From Pseudomonadota bacterium (GTDB lineage: Bacteria > Vulcanimicrobiota > Xenobia > RGZZ01): a stretch of DNA of 51,123 nt. The DNA lies in contig RGZZ01000001.1 in assembly GCA_010028905.1 (NCBI GenBank), positions 1-51,123 of the forward strand, in the 5' to 3' direction. The notes beneath the pieces were generated by a model. That model saw only the letters and a program-made list of their open reading frames with translations. It did no database searches and had not been told where the DNA came from. Each line of letters begins with the position of its first letter. Position 1 is the stretch's first letter. This document shows, one piece after another, positions 8,893 to 20,370 of this stretch. The position numbers and the translations under genes were made by a program.

Positions 8893-8902
8893 GCGACAGG
8901 CG

Positions 8903-11380
<2,478 letters not shown>

Positions 11381-11502
11381 GGTGTTCGAGCCTCCTTATG
11401 AGCCTTGGACGTGAGCTGTTGTGAAATGTTCTGTGGTGCTCGATGGAGAGCGAGGGTTGGGCGATGGCGGCTCCCTGGGAGCGGCCTGGATCGCGAGTCT
11501 CT

Positions 11503-12735
11503 TCAGGTTTCTTCTTTCAGTTCTTGTCGAATCCTTCGCGCCCGCATCATGTCGGCCTGCACCGTATCGGAGACCTCACCCATGAGAACCTGCAGGGTGG
11601 CTGGCCGAATGCTGACGAGAAGGTCGTTGAGGCGTGCGCGGCTGATCGGGGGGAGCACTTCCAGCTCGACCCCCAGGCGCACCATGGACAGCAGCTCGAG
11701 GGCCTCGTTCGCGCTCACCACCTGTGCATGCCGGAGGATGCCCAGGGCGCGCCAGACCTTGTCCCCGAGCGGGACCGGGAATTCGCGGCGCAGCTTCTGG
11801 CGGGCGTTCTGCTCCTGCTCCACGATGCGCTCGGCGATGCCTCGGACCTTGGCGGCGAGGTCTTCCTCACGGGGGCCCAGGGAGATCTGGTTGGAGATCT
11901 GGATCAGGTTGCCTTGTACACCGGTGCCCTCACCATACATGCCGCGCACGGCCAGGCCCACCTGTCCCACGATCTGCGCCTTGATGGTCTCGAGGGCGTT
12001 GACGAGCGCGAGGGCGGGCAGGTGGAGCATGACCGAAGCCCGCAGCCCCGTTCCGATGTTGCTCGGGCACGCGGTAACGTAGCCGAGGCGCTCGGTGTAG
12101 GCAAAGTCGAGATGGGCCTCGAGAGCGTCGTCGAGCGCGCTCACGGTCTCCCACGCGAGCTCGGTGTTCAGGCCCGGCAGGAGGCACTGCAGGCGAAGGT
12201 GGTCTTCCTCGTTGATCATCACGCCCAGCACGCCGCGTGGGCCGAGCACCACGCCGCGCGCCGGTCCTCCCTGGCCTACGAGGCTCGCCTGCAAGGGGCT
12301 CACGAGATGCTTCTCCACGAGGGTGTGCAGCTCGATGGGCGAGAGCGCGGCCATGTCGATGGTGAAGAAGTCGTTGAACCAGGGAGAACCTTCGACGATG
12401 GCCGCCACCCTGTCGAACACGCTGCGCAGCTCCTCGGGGGTGGCCACCGAAGGAAAGCGGTGGCCGCCAAGGTTGCGCGCGATGCGGACGCGGCTCGAGA
12501 TCACGATGTGGTCGAGGGGGCCGCTTCCGCGGATCCAGTCGAGGTCGAGCGAGCGCACGGCGTCTCGAGGGGTCGAGCAGCCCGCGCTGACGCGCCTCAC
12601 CCGCAGCGTGGGGAGACCGTCGGACGTCGCTTCCGGGGGGGCGTCGGTCTCGCGCACGGTCTCTTCCTCGGTGTGAGGCGGGCCTTGCAGCGTCTCGCTC
12701 TCGGAGGAGGGGGTGTCAGCGGGGGGCTGCGTCAT
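11503..12735 (-). CDS. mcsB: Protein arginine kinase McsB (ATP:guanido phosphotransferase)
   Basis: SSRVRIARNL and CPSNIGTGLRASVMLHLPAL are the phosphagen-kinase catalytic motifs. Position between mcsA and clpC fits. Confidence 0.92.
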   Translation of the reverse strand: MTQPPADTPSSESETLQGPPHTEEETVRETDAPPEATSDGLPTLRVRRVSAGCSTPRDAVRSLDLDWIRGSGPLDHIVISSRVRIARNLGGHRFPSVATPEELRSVFDRVAAIVEGSPWFNDFFTIDMAALSPIELHTLVEKHLVSPLQASLVGQGGPARGVVLGPRGVLGVMINEEDHLRLQCLLPGLNTELAWETVSALDDALEAHLDFAYTERLGYVTACPSNIGTGLRASVMLHLPALALVNALETIKAQIVGQVGLAVRGMYGEGTGVQGNLIQISNQISLGPREEDLAAKVRGIAERIVEQEQNARQKLRREFPVPLGDKVWRALGILRHAQVVSANEALELLSMVRLGVELEVLPPISRARLNDLLVSIRPATLQVLMGEVSDTVQADMMRARRIRQELKEET

Positions 12736-13237
12736 CGGTCAGCTCCTTCTCGAGTGCGCGAATCTCGTCTCGCAGCCGCGCGGCGTCTTCGAAGCGCTGC
12801 TCTTTCACGGCCCGATCGAGGTCGACGCGCAGGCCTTCGATGACGCGGCGCTGCTTGAACGTGGTCCCGGTTCGCGCGGGGGTCTTGCCGGCGTGCTGCA
12901 CAGTGCCGCCCTGGGCGCGTCGCAGGATGATCTCCATCTGGGGGCTGAAGGCGTTGTAGCACTCGGCGCATCCGAGCATGCTGGTGTGCTGGAACTGGTG
13001 GAACGTGTAGCCGCAGTGGGCGCATCGCGAGGGCCCGGGAAGCGTGCTTGAGCCGTGCGCGGGCGCGAGCATGCCGCCCAGGAGCGCAAAAGGCGCTGGG
13101 GACGGAACCGGGGGCGCGAGCATGCCGCCGTATCGCTGCCCACAGATCTGGCAGAGCGATCGCTCCATGGTCTGCCCCTGGTTCATGAACTGGAACTTCA
13201 TGACCACAGGCCGTTTGTGGCACTCGTCACACAGCAT
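12716..13237 (-). CDS. mcsA: McsA-like activator (zinc-finger pairs + UVR motif)
   Basis: Start trimmed from the 315-aa track ORF to ATG 13237. Begins MLCDECHKRP…CQICG, then CAHCG…CAECY, then a UVR motif (VDLDRAVKEQRFEDAARLRDEIRALE). The track's upstream extension is Arg-rich junk. Confidence 0.8.
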   Translation of the reverse strand: MLCDECHKRPVVMKFQFMNQGQTMERSLCQICGQRYGGMLAPPVPSPAPFALLGGMLAPAHGSSTLPGPSRCAHCGYTFHQFQHTSMLGCAECYNAFSPQMEIILRRAQGGTVQHAGKTPARTGTTFKQRRVIEGLRVDLDRAVKEQRFEDAARLRDEIRALEKELTDDAAPR

Positions 13238-13454
13238 GCGATGGGGTTGCGTCTCCCGTTCCAGCGCGAGGTGCGCTCGCGCTTGACGATATGATTCCCA
13301 CCCAGCGGCGCTCAACCTCCTTCCCCCGAAGCCGCCAGATGGTGCTCGCGTGATGCCGTGGTGCTGAGCGGAGGCGGCGCCGGTCGTTTCCCGTGCTCGC
13401 TGCGGCGCTGCTCTGTGAGGAAGGCGTGCGTGCAGTGCTGACAGGTCGCGATTG

Positions 13455-13560
13455 CGCATTTCGGTTTTGTGTTTTTTGGCTTGGCTGCAGCGTTTTGTTG
13501 ATGTGTATATAAAATATCGTTGCTGTTGCAGTGTTTTTTGCGTGTGTCGTTTATTCCAGG
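13455..13560. promoter_or_regulatory. AT-rich island in the 459-bp divergent intergenic region (candidate promoters for the mcsA operon and glnN)
   Basis: ttcggttttgtgttttttggcttggctgcagcgttttgttgatgtgtatataaaatatcgttgctgttgcagtgttttttg is the most AT-rich stretch I noticed when reading the window. It contains TTGnnn and TATAAA/TAAAAT-like hexamers. Exact -35/-10 elements not resolved. Confidence 0.4.
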
Positions 13561-13696
13561 CCAGACAACGCATTGCGTTCGTGGGTAAGGTTATCGAGGG
13601 GTGAGGTGAGGCAGGAACGGACGGTGCCCTGCCGAAGCACGCGCGCTCAGGGCCACGCGCCATGCGGCCCGCTCACACAACCTGGAGGACTGAGAA

Positions 13697-15895
13697 ATGA
13701 CCATGACCGATACGCGCGGCAACGCCATTGCCGCAGCCATCGCCTGGACCGAGAACGCCGCGAACTCGCGCTCCACCATCGACCGCGTCGACGAGTTCTT
13801 CGGTGCCGATGTGTTCAACGAGGCTGAGATGCGCCAGCGCCTGCCCAAGAACGTGTACAAGTCGCTGATGCGCACCATCGAGCGCGGCGAGCCCCTTACG
13901 CCTCAGATCGCCGACGTCGTCGCCTCTGCCATGAAGGACTGGGCCATCGAGAACGGCGCCACCCACTACACGCATTGGTTCCAGCCGCTCACCGGAACAA
14001 CCGCCGAGAAGCACGACGCCTTCATCATTCCGGACGGGCACGGCGGCATGCACTTCTCCCTCTCGGGCTCAGAGCTCTCCCAGGGCGAGCCAGACGCCTC
14101 CAGCTTCCCGAGCGGCGGCCTGCGCGCCACCTTCGAAGCCCGCGGCTATACCGCGTGGGACTGCACCAGCCCCGCCTTCCTCGTGCGTGGCAAGAACCAC
14201 GTCACCCTCGTCATCCCCACCGCCTTCGTGTCGTGGACGGGCGAGGCGCTCGACCACAAGACGCCGCTGCTGCGCTCGATGGACGTGCTCAGCCACCATG
14301 CCATGCGCATCCTGAAGCTCTTCGGCGCCGCCGAGGGCGTGCACCGCGTGCACACCACGCTGGGCTGCGAGCAGGAGTACTTCCTGGTCGATCGCAACCT
14401 CTACTTCGCGCGCCCCGATCTGGTGACGTGCGATCGCACGCTGTTCGGCGGTCGCCCTCCCAAGGGCCAGCAGATGGAAGACCACTACTTCGGCTCCATC
14501 CCTCCGCGCGTGCTGGCCTGCATGGCCGAGGTCGAGCGCGAGCTCTACCGCGTGGGCGTTCCCGTGAAGACCCGCCACAACGAGGTTGCTCCTGGGCAGT
14601 ACGAGATTGCGCCCTACTTCGAGGTGACCAACGTGGCCACTGACCATCAGATGCTGGTCATGGAGACGTTGCGGCGGGTGGCTCCGCGCTACGGCCTGCA
14701 GGCGCTGCTGCACGAGAAGCCGTTCGCCGGTGTGAACGGCTCGGGCAAGCACAACAACTGGTCGATGGCCACCAGCACTGGCGTGAACCTGCTCGACCCG
14801 CAGGACGACACGCACACCAACCTGCAGTTCATGGTCTTCCTGTGCGGTGTCATCCGCGCGGTCGATCTCCACGGCGATCTCATGCGCATGGCGGTGGCCA
14901 GCGCTGGCAACGATCATCGGCTCGGCGCCAACGAGGCGCCTCCCGCCATCATCTCCATCTTCCTCGGCGATCAGCTCACCGACCTCATCGAGCAGCTCGA
15001 GAAGGGGGCACCCAAGAGCACGCTCAAGGGAGGCACGCTCGATCTCGGCACCAGCACACTGCCCACGCTCCCCCGACACGCGGGCGATCGCAACCGCACC
15101 TCGCCGTTTGCCTTCACCGGCAACAAGTTCGAGTTCCGCGCGGTGGGGTCGTCGCAGTCGGTGGCCTGGCCGAACACGGTGCTCAACACCATCGTGGCCG
15201 AGTCACTCGACTTCCTCGCCACCGAGATCGAGAAGGCCGCGGGCGACAAGCCGGTCACCGAGGAGCGCCTGCGCGACGTCATCCTGCCAATCCTCCAGAA
15301 GCTCATCCGCAAGCACAAGCGCGTGGTCTTCAACGGCGACAACTATACCGAGGAGTGGCATGCCGAAGCCCAGCGCCGGGGTCTGCCCAACCTCAAGGAC
15401 AGCCTGCAGGCCTTCCCGCCGCTCACCACCGCGCGCAACATCGAGCTGTTCGAGAGCTACAAGGTGCTCAACCGGTCGGAGGTCGAGAGCCGAAGCCACA
15501 TCTTCATCGAGAAGTATGCCAAGGAGCTCAAGATCGAGGCCGAATCGATGATGCTCATCGGGCGGCAGCTGATTCTCCCTGCGGTGCTGCGCTATCAGAC
15601 CGAGCTGGCCCAGAACATCCAGCAGGTCGAGGCGGTGGACGGTGATGCCAGTGCCACTCGTGCGCACTTCAAGGAGTACGGCAAGCAGGTGAAGGCGTTC
15701 GTCGAGGCGCTCGAAGATCTGCGCAAGGCCGACAGCCACCACGACGACAATGCCACCAAGCACGCCAAGTGGCTCAAGACCAAGGTGCTGCCCATCATGC
15801 AGCGCGTGCGTGAGGCAAGCGATCTGCTCGAGGCCAGCGTGCCTGCCGATCTCTGGCCGTTGCCGTCGTATCGAGAGCTGCTCTTCGTCAAGTGA
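13697..15895 (+). CDS. glnN: Glutamine synthetase type III
   Basis: 732 aa, the size typical of GS-III. Motifs [34 protein letters not shown] and [22 protein letters not shown] lies 8 nt upstream of the ATG. Confidence 0.93.
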   Translation: MTMTDTRGNAIAAAIAWTENAANSRSTIDRVDEFFGADVFNEAEMRQRLPKNVYKSLMRTIERGEPLTPQIADVVASAMKDWAIENGATHYTHWFQPLTGTTAEKHDAFIIPDGHGGMHFSLSGSELSQGEPDASSFPSGGLRATFEARGYTAWDCTSPAFLVRGKNHVTLVIPTAFVSWTGEALDHKTPLLRSMDVLSHHAMRILKLFGAAEGVHRVHTTLGCEQEYFLVDRNLYFARPDLVTCDRTLFGGRPPKGQQMEDHYFGSIPPRVLACMAEVERELYRVGVPVKTRHNEVAPGQYEIAPYFEVTNVATDHQMLVMETLRRVAPRYGLQALLHEKPFAGVNGSGKHNNWSMATSTGVNLLDPQDDTHTNLQFMVFLCGVIRAVDLHGDLMRMAVASAGNDHRLGANEAPPAIISIFLGDQLTDLIEQLEKGAPKSTLKGGTLDLGTSTLPTLPRHAGDRNRTSPFAFTGNKFEFRAVGSSQSVAWPNTVLNTIVAESLDFLATEIEKAAGDKPVTEERLRDVILPILQKLIRKHKRVVFNGDNYTEEWHAEAQRRGLPNLKDSLQAFPPLTTARNIELFESYKVLNRSEVESRSHIFIEKYAKELKIEAESMMLIGRQLILPAVLRYQTELAQNIQQVEAVDGDASATRAHFKEYGKQVKAFVEALEDLRKADSHHDDNATKHAKWLKTKVLPIMQRVREASDLLEASVPADLWPLPSYRELLFVK

Positions 15896-17067
15896 GGCGC
15901 ATCGTCGCCCTTGTCGCCCTGGGCGCTCTCACCGTCGCCGCGCTTGCGCGACCGGCGGTGGGCGTGCCTGAGGCGGCGGCCGTGGTGGCGCAAGCGCGGG
16001 CGGCCTCCTCGCTCGTCGATCTCATCGCTGATCTGGGCGACGTCAACCCCACGGTGCGTAAAGCCGCGTCGCAGAAGCTCGCACTCATGTCTCGCGTCAC
16101 CGTTGTGGCGCAGGCGGTGGCCCTGGTGACCGGCAAGGCACAGGCCTCCGAGAGCGAATCTCGCATGTTCAGTCCCGCGTCGGTGGCGCTCGACCTCATC
16201 GTTCGCCTCGACCCGACACGAGCCGAGGCGCTCGCCCTCGACCAGGTCGAGACGAACGACCCGGATCTGCGCGAGACCTCGGCCGCCATCGTGGCCCGTC
16301 TCGAAGACGCCAGAGCCCTGCCGTTCCTCGTTCGGGCGCTGCGTGACTGGGGGGGAGAGTCGGTCGCCGGTCTTCGGCCTGTGATTCTTGGGCTCAGCCA
16401 GGGAGGCCGGGCCGAGACGCCGGAAGCACGCGCGGTCATCGTCTCGGTGCTCGAGACGAAGTCGCTGCCGGCGCGTCAGGCGCGCTTCGTGTACCCCAAT
16501 GATCACGAACCGCCCCAGGAAGGCGATCGCTATCGCTGCTGGCTCTTCAAGGGCGACGCCTGCCTCGGGCTGGTGGTTCGCCATCCTTTTCCCGAGGCGG
16601 AGGCGGGCGTGCGTCGCTCCCTTCTTCTCGACGAGCTCCGCACAGGAGCCGCTCTCGCTCTGGCGCGTCTCGACCTCCCCGATGCCGGAAATGAGATCCG
16701 GGCGTGGCTCGGGCGCGACAACAACGTCGAGCGACGGCTGGGCCTCTACCGCGCGCTGTTCGTCCTGGGGAAGGACGAGACCGCCGATCGCCTTGCCGCG
16801 CGCGACCTGTTCACGTCGACACAGGCTCCCTCTCCCGCGTGGATCGAGGGGTTGCGGGCCATGGTCGATCTGTTCTCTCGTCGCGCTGACGTCCCCGCGC
16901 TGCGCATCGTATCGTCGTGGAAGCTTCGCGGGGAAGCCGCGTCCATTCGCGCGGTTGCGCTCGATGCGATGAAGGCCGCCCACGCGGATGTGTACGCGCG
17001 GGTCCTTGGCAGCGACTACAGCCCGCCCGGCGACGGGGCGTCGGCATCGCCTCGACGCGAGCGCTGA
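15892..17067 (+). CDS. Secreted HEAT-repeat protein
   Basis: GTG start overlaps the glnN stop (GTGA). Signal peptide [23 protein letters not shown]-like units present ([14 protein letters not shown]; [29 protein letters not shown]). Confidence 0.7.
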   Translation: MRRIVALVALGALTVAALARPAVGVPEAAAVVAQARAASSLVDLIADLGDVNPTVRKAASQKLALMSRVTVVAQAVALVTGKAQASESESRMFSPASVALDLIVRLDPTRAEALALDQVETNDPDLRETSAAIVARLEDARALPFLVRALRDWGGESVAGLRPVILGLSQGGRAETPEARAVIVSVLETKSLPARQARFVYPNDHEPPQEGDRYRCWLFKGDACLGLVVRHPFPEAEAGVRRSLLLDELRTGAALALARLDLPDAGNEIRAWLGRDNNVERRLGLYRALFVLGKDETADRLAARDLFTSTQAPSPAWIEGLRAMVDLFSRRADVPALRIVSSWKLRGEAASIRAVALDAMKAAHADVYARVLGSDYSPPGDGASASPRRER

Positions 17068-18059
17068 GGCGTCTCCACAGCCGCAGTCGCGCGTGCGACG
17101 GCTTCTTTCGCGGTGTCGAGCCACGTCACCGTCCCATGGTTGCGAAACCAGGTGGTCTGCCGCTTGGCGAACAGCACGATGGCCTGCTCCAGCGCGGTAG
17201 TCATCTGCTCTCTCGACAGCTCTCCCCGCAGGTGGCGGCTCACCCATCGGTACTCGAGCCCGAGGTCCTCGAGGCGCGCGTGGGTGACGCCCTGCGCGAG
17301 CAGGCCTTCGACCTCGGCCACCATGCCCTGCTCCAGCCGCGCTGCGAGGCGCGCGTGGATGCGGTTGCGAAGGTCGTCGCGCTCCACCCGAGGGCCGAGC
17401 ACGGTGGCTCGCCACGGCAGCGTGACGCGGGCGCGCAGCGATTCCGCCGTGCCCGTCTCGCGCACGACCTCGATGGCCCGCATCAGGCGGCGTGGGTTTC
17501 GCATGTCGACCGTGTGGGCTGCGTCCGGATCGAGGGTCAGCAGCTCTGAGGCGAGGGCCTCGAGGCTGAGGCCTTCCAGTCGGGCGCGCAGAACAGGATC
17601 GGGGGGCACGGCAGGAACGACGAGGCCGTCGAGCAGCGCGCTCACGTAGAGCCCGGTTCCGCCCACGAGAACGGGCACGCGTCCGCGAGCGGCCGCATCT
17701 GCCACCGCGTCGAGCGCGAGGGCCTGGTATTGCGCCATGGTGACGACGACGTGGGGGGGGGAGATGTCGATCATCCAGTGGTCGATGCCGCGAGAGACAA
17801 ACGGGGCGACGACGAAGCGCCCGCCCAGCGACTCGACAGCGCGCCCTCGCGCCGTGTCGAGATGTCCCTCGACCTTACCGCTGCCGAGGTCGAGCCCCGC
17901 GTAGATCTGACGAGAGTCTGCCGAGATGATCTCGCCGCCAATGGCTCGTGCGATGTCAATGCCCCAGTCTGATTTTCCGCTTGCTGTCGGGCCCACCACG
18001 GCAATCAGGGGAAGGTTGTGGGGAATGCGGCTCAAGGCCGCCATCATGGGGTGGCTCAT
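17016..18059 (-). CDS. miaA: tRNA dimethylallyltransferase
   Basis: P-loop AVVGPTASGKS and ISADSRQIYAGLDLGSGK. Start trimmed to the internal Met (MSHPMMAAL…); the exact start is uncertain. Confidence 0.88.
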   Translation of the reverse strand: MSHPMMAALSRIPHNLPLIAVVGPTASGKSDWGIDIARAIGGEIISADSRQIYAGLDLGSGKVEGHLDTARGRAVESLGGRFVVAPFVSRGIDHWMIDISPPHVVVTMAQYQALALDAVADAAARGRVPVLVGGTGLYVSALLDGLVVPAVPPDPVLRARLEGLSLEALASELLTLDPDAAHTVDMRNPRRLMRAIEVVRETGTAESLRARVTLPWRATVLGPRVERDDLRNRIHARLAARLEQGMVAEVEGLLAQGVTHARLEDLGLEYRWVSRHLRGELSREQMTTALEQAIVLFAKRQTTWFRNHGTVTWLDTAKEAVARATAAVETPQRSRRGDADAPSPGGL

Positions 18060-18078
18060 GGGGGGGCGATTCTTGTCA

Positions 18079-19623
18079 ATGGGGCTTTCTTTCGGATATG
18101 TTCTCCACGCCGTGCTGCGCTCTTTCTTCGACGCGATCAGACCTTGTGTGATGGCCTTCCTGTTCATCGCCCTTGGAACCTGCTCGATGCTTCAGGCTCC
18201 CCCCACGGCGACCACGGACGCCATCGCCGCGACCTTCTTCCTGCTCGTCATCGCCATCGTTGCGGACCGGTACGGTGCAGACAGCGCCTGCTTCGCTGCC
18301 GGCATGTCGGGGGTGACCTGGACCCTGTTCTTCCTCCGCCCTGAGAGCTTCGGGAACCTGCAGATCGACGAGATGGTTCCCGTTGGCGTGTTCTGCACGG
18401 TCGGGCTGTGGACCGGGCTGATCACGGTCAAGCTGCGCCGTCAGAAGCAGCTGGCGGAGGAGCGCGAGCGCGAGACCGACAGCCTCTATCGCCTCACCTT
18501 GTCGATTCTGGCGACCACGCGCCTCCAGGAGGCGGCGAAGGTGCTGATCGACAGCCTCGGCGGAGCAGGGGAGTGCACCCTGCTCAGTGTCGAGGACGAC
18601 GGCGCGATCAAGCCGGTTGTGGGTGACCTGCCTCTCGATGAGGCGTCGCTCAGACGCGTCCAGCAGGCCGTATCGACGGGCGCGGAGGTTCGCGATGACG
18701 GGGTCGAGCCGCCGCTGCATCACCTTCCCCTTCAGGTAGGCGGTCAGAAGATGGGGGCGCTTACCGTGCGCGATGTGCAGCGCGGCGCGAGCCCCACGCC
18801 ACAGATGTTCGCTGTTGCGGGGCACGCGGCCATGGCCCTCCATCGCCATCGCCTCGAGCGCTCGGCCGTCGAGGCCCTTGCCAGGCTCGAGGCCGAGCGC
18901 CTGAAGGCGTCGCTCCTTGCGTCGGTCTCCCATGACCTGCGAACGCCGCTCGCCTCGATCAAGGCCGCGGCGAGCGGCATCGTGCTCGAGGATGTTGCGG
19001 TGGACGAAGAGGGCAGAAAGACCCTGGTCGAGCGCATCATTGCCAGTGCTGATCGCCTTGACGGTCTCGTGAGCAACCTGCTGAGCATGTCGCGCCTCGA
19101 GGCCGGCGCGTGGAAGCCGGCAAAGGAGCTCTTCCCCTTCTCGGAGATCGTGGCCGGCGTGCTCGGACGTTTCTCGGAGCGCGAGGCCTCGCGTATCATC
19201 GTCGATCTCCCGGAAGACCTCCCGCTGGTCCCACTTGACGGCGTGCAGATCGAACAGGTGGTCTGGAACCTCATCGAAAACGCTTTCAAGTATGTCCCGG
19301 GCGCGTCTCCCCTGCTGCTGCGAATCCGCTGCCGCGGTGCCCGGGTCGAGGTCATCCTGCGCGATCACGGCGCCGGGATCCCCCGGGGGGAAGAGCGTCG
19401 CATCTTTCAGAAGTTCTATCGCGCGCATCGCGGCGGTGAGCGCGGAGCCCCCGGGGTGGGCATGGGCCTGGCCATCTGTCGCGAGATCGTGGAGGCCCAC
19501 GGCGGTGAGATCACGGCCGCAAACGCTCCTGGCGGAGGTGCGGTCTTCACCTTCTTCCTGCCGCTCGAGGAGAAAAAGGAGGCGAAGTCATGTCTGGTCG
19601 AGGCAAATCAGTCCTCATCGTAG
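18079..19623 (+). CDS. Sensor histidine kinase, KdpD C-terminal type (DUF4118-like TM bundle + GAF-like + HisKA + HATPase)
   Basis: H-box SHDLRTPLASI and G-boxes DHGAGIP…GVGMGLAICREIV, with an N-terminal multi-TM region. It lacks the KdpD N-terminal/Usp domains. Start uncertain: Met at 18079 or 18151. The track start at 17926 would overlap miaA. Confidence 0.85.
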   Translation: MGLSFGYVLHAVLRSFFDAIRPCVMAFLFIALGTCSMLQAPPTATTDAIAATFFLLVIAIVADRYGADSACFAAGMSGVTWTLFFLRPESFGNLQIDEMVPVGVFCTVGLWTGLITVKLRRQKQLAEERERETDSLYRLTLSILATTRLQEAAKVLIDSLGGAGECTLLSVEDDGAIKPVVGDLPLDEASLRRVQQAVSTGAEVRDDGVEPPLHHLPLQVGGQKMGALTVRDVQRGASPTPQMFAVAGHAAMALHRHRLERSAVEALARLEAERLKASLLASVSHDLRTPLASIKAAASGIVLEDVAVDEEGRKTLVERIIASADRLDGLVSNLLSMSRLEAGAWKPAKELFPFSEIVAGVLGRFSEREASRIIVDLPEDLPLVPLDGVQIEQVVWNLIENAFKYVPGASPLLLRIRCRGARVEVILRDHGAGIPRGEERRIFQKFYRAHRGGERGAPGVGMGLAICREIVEAHGGEITAANAPGGGAVFTFFLPLEEKKEAKSCLVEANQSSS

Positions 19624-20291
19624 ACGACGAGGCCGAGATATGCAGCTCTCTCGAGATGGCGCTGCGACCTCGCGGGTATGAGGTGCGCTCGGTGGAGAGC
19701 GGAGAGCAGGCGCTCGATTCGGCGCTCGAGCGTCCGCCCGACCTCGTGATCCTCGACCTGTCGCTGCCCGGCATGAACGGTCTCGAGGTGTGCAAGCGGC
19801 TGCGCGAGCACTCGCAGGTGCCCATCATCGTTCTCTCGGTGCGCAGCGCTGAGTCTGACAAGATCACGGCGCTCGATCTCGGGGCCGATGACTACGTCAC
19901 CAAGCCCTTTGCCCTGGGCGAGCTTCTTGCGCGCATGCGCACGGCCTTTCGACACGCCGCGGCGGTGGAGTCAGAGCGGTCGGTGTATGAGTTCGACGGG
20001 CTGAAGGTGAACTTCACCCTTCGGCAGGTCACGGTGCAGGGACGTGATGTGCGTCTCACCCCGAAGGAGTTCGATCTCCTTCACTACTTCATCCAGCACG
20101 CCGACAGCATCGCGACCCACGCAAACCTCCTCGCCGCGGTCTGGGGCGACGAGTACCGCGAAGACAAGCCCTTGCTCCGCGTCCACATCGCAAACCTCCG
20201 CCAGAAGCTCGAGCCCAATCCGTCGCGTCCCACGTTCATCGTGAACGAGCCAGGCGTGGGATATCGCTTTCGAACATCCGCCACAGAGTAG
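19590..20291 (+). CDS. OmpR-family response regulator (KdpE-like)
   Basis: Receiver domain (VLIVDDE…LVILDLSLPGMNG…) plus winged-helix domain (LTPKEFDLLHYF…GVGYRF). Overlaps the kinase gene by 34 nt. Confidence 0.92.
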   Translation: MSGRGKSVLIVDDEAEICSSLEMALRPRGYEVRSVESGEQALDSALERPPDLVILDLSLPGMNGLEVCKRLREHSQVPIIVLSVRSAESDKITALDLGADDYVTKPFALGELLARMRTAFRHAAAVESERSVYEFDGLKVNFTLRQVTVQGRDVRLTPKEFDLLHYFIQHADSIATHANLLAAVWGDEYREDKPLLRVHIANLRQKLEPNPSRPTFIVNEPGVGYRFRTSATE

Positions 20292-20370
20292 GGTCTCCCC
20301 CCTTGTCTTCGACGGGGGGACGCGTGATAACAAAAGTTAAACCATTCATATGATCGGATGGAGATGACGC

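Noticed and set aside
12716-13663. N-terminally extended track ORFs, here the 315-aa version of mcsA. The same issue affects 26382-27554, 29331-30848, 35044-36903, 36678-37544, 38298-39626, 39006-40313, 46290-48518, 48485-49135, 17016-18167 and 17926-19623
   Set aside because: The extensions are Arg/Pro-rich, unrelated to the family, overlap neighbouring genes or intergenic DNA, and lack an SD. Internal starts with GGAGG-type SDs give proteins of family-typical length.
13597-13696. Possible glutamine (glnA-type) riboswitch in the glnN leader, suggested by the hairpin GGCAGG…CCTGCC (13610-13633) containing ACGGACGG
   Set aside because: From memory, the riboswitch core includes a GGACGGAAGUAGG-like segment and a closing CGUUC/GAACG helix, and I cannot find these here. 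The resemblance is a few nucleotides. An Rfam covariance scan would settle it.
15595-17415. 606-aa minus-strand ORF spanning the glnN 3' end, the HEAT-repeat gene and part of miaA
   Set aside because: Arg/Pro/Gly-rich junk translation that overlaps three well-supported genes.
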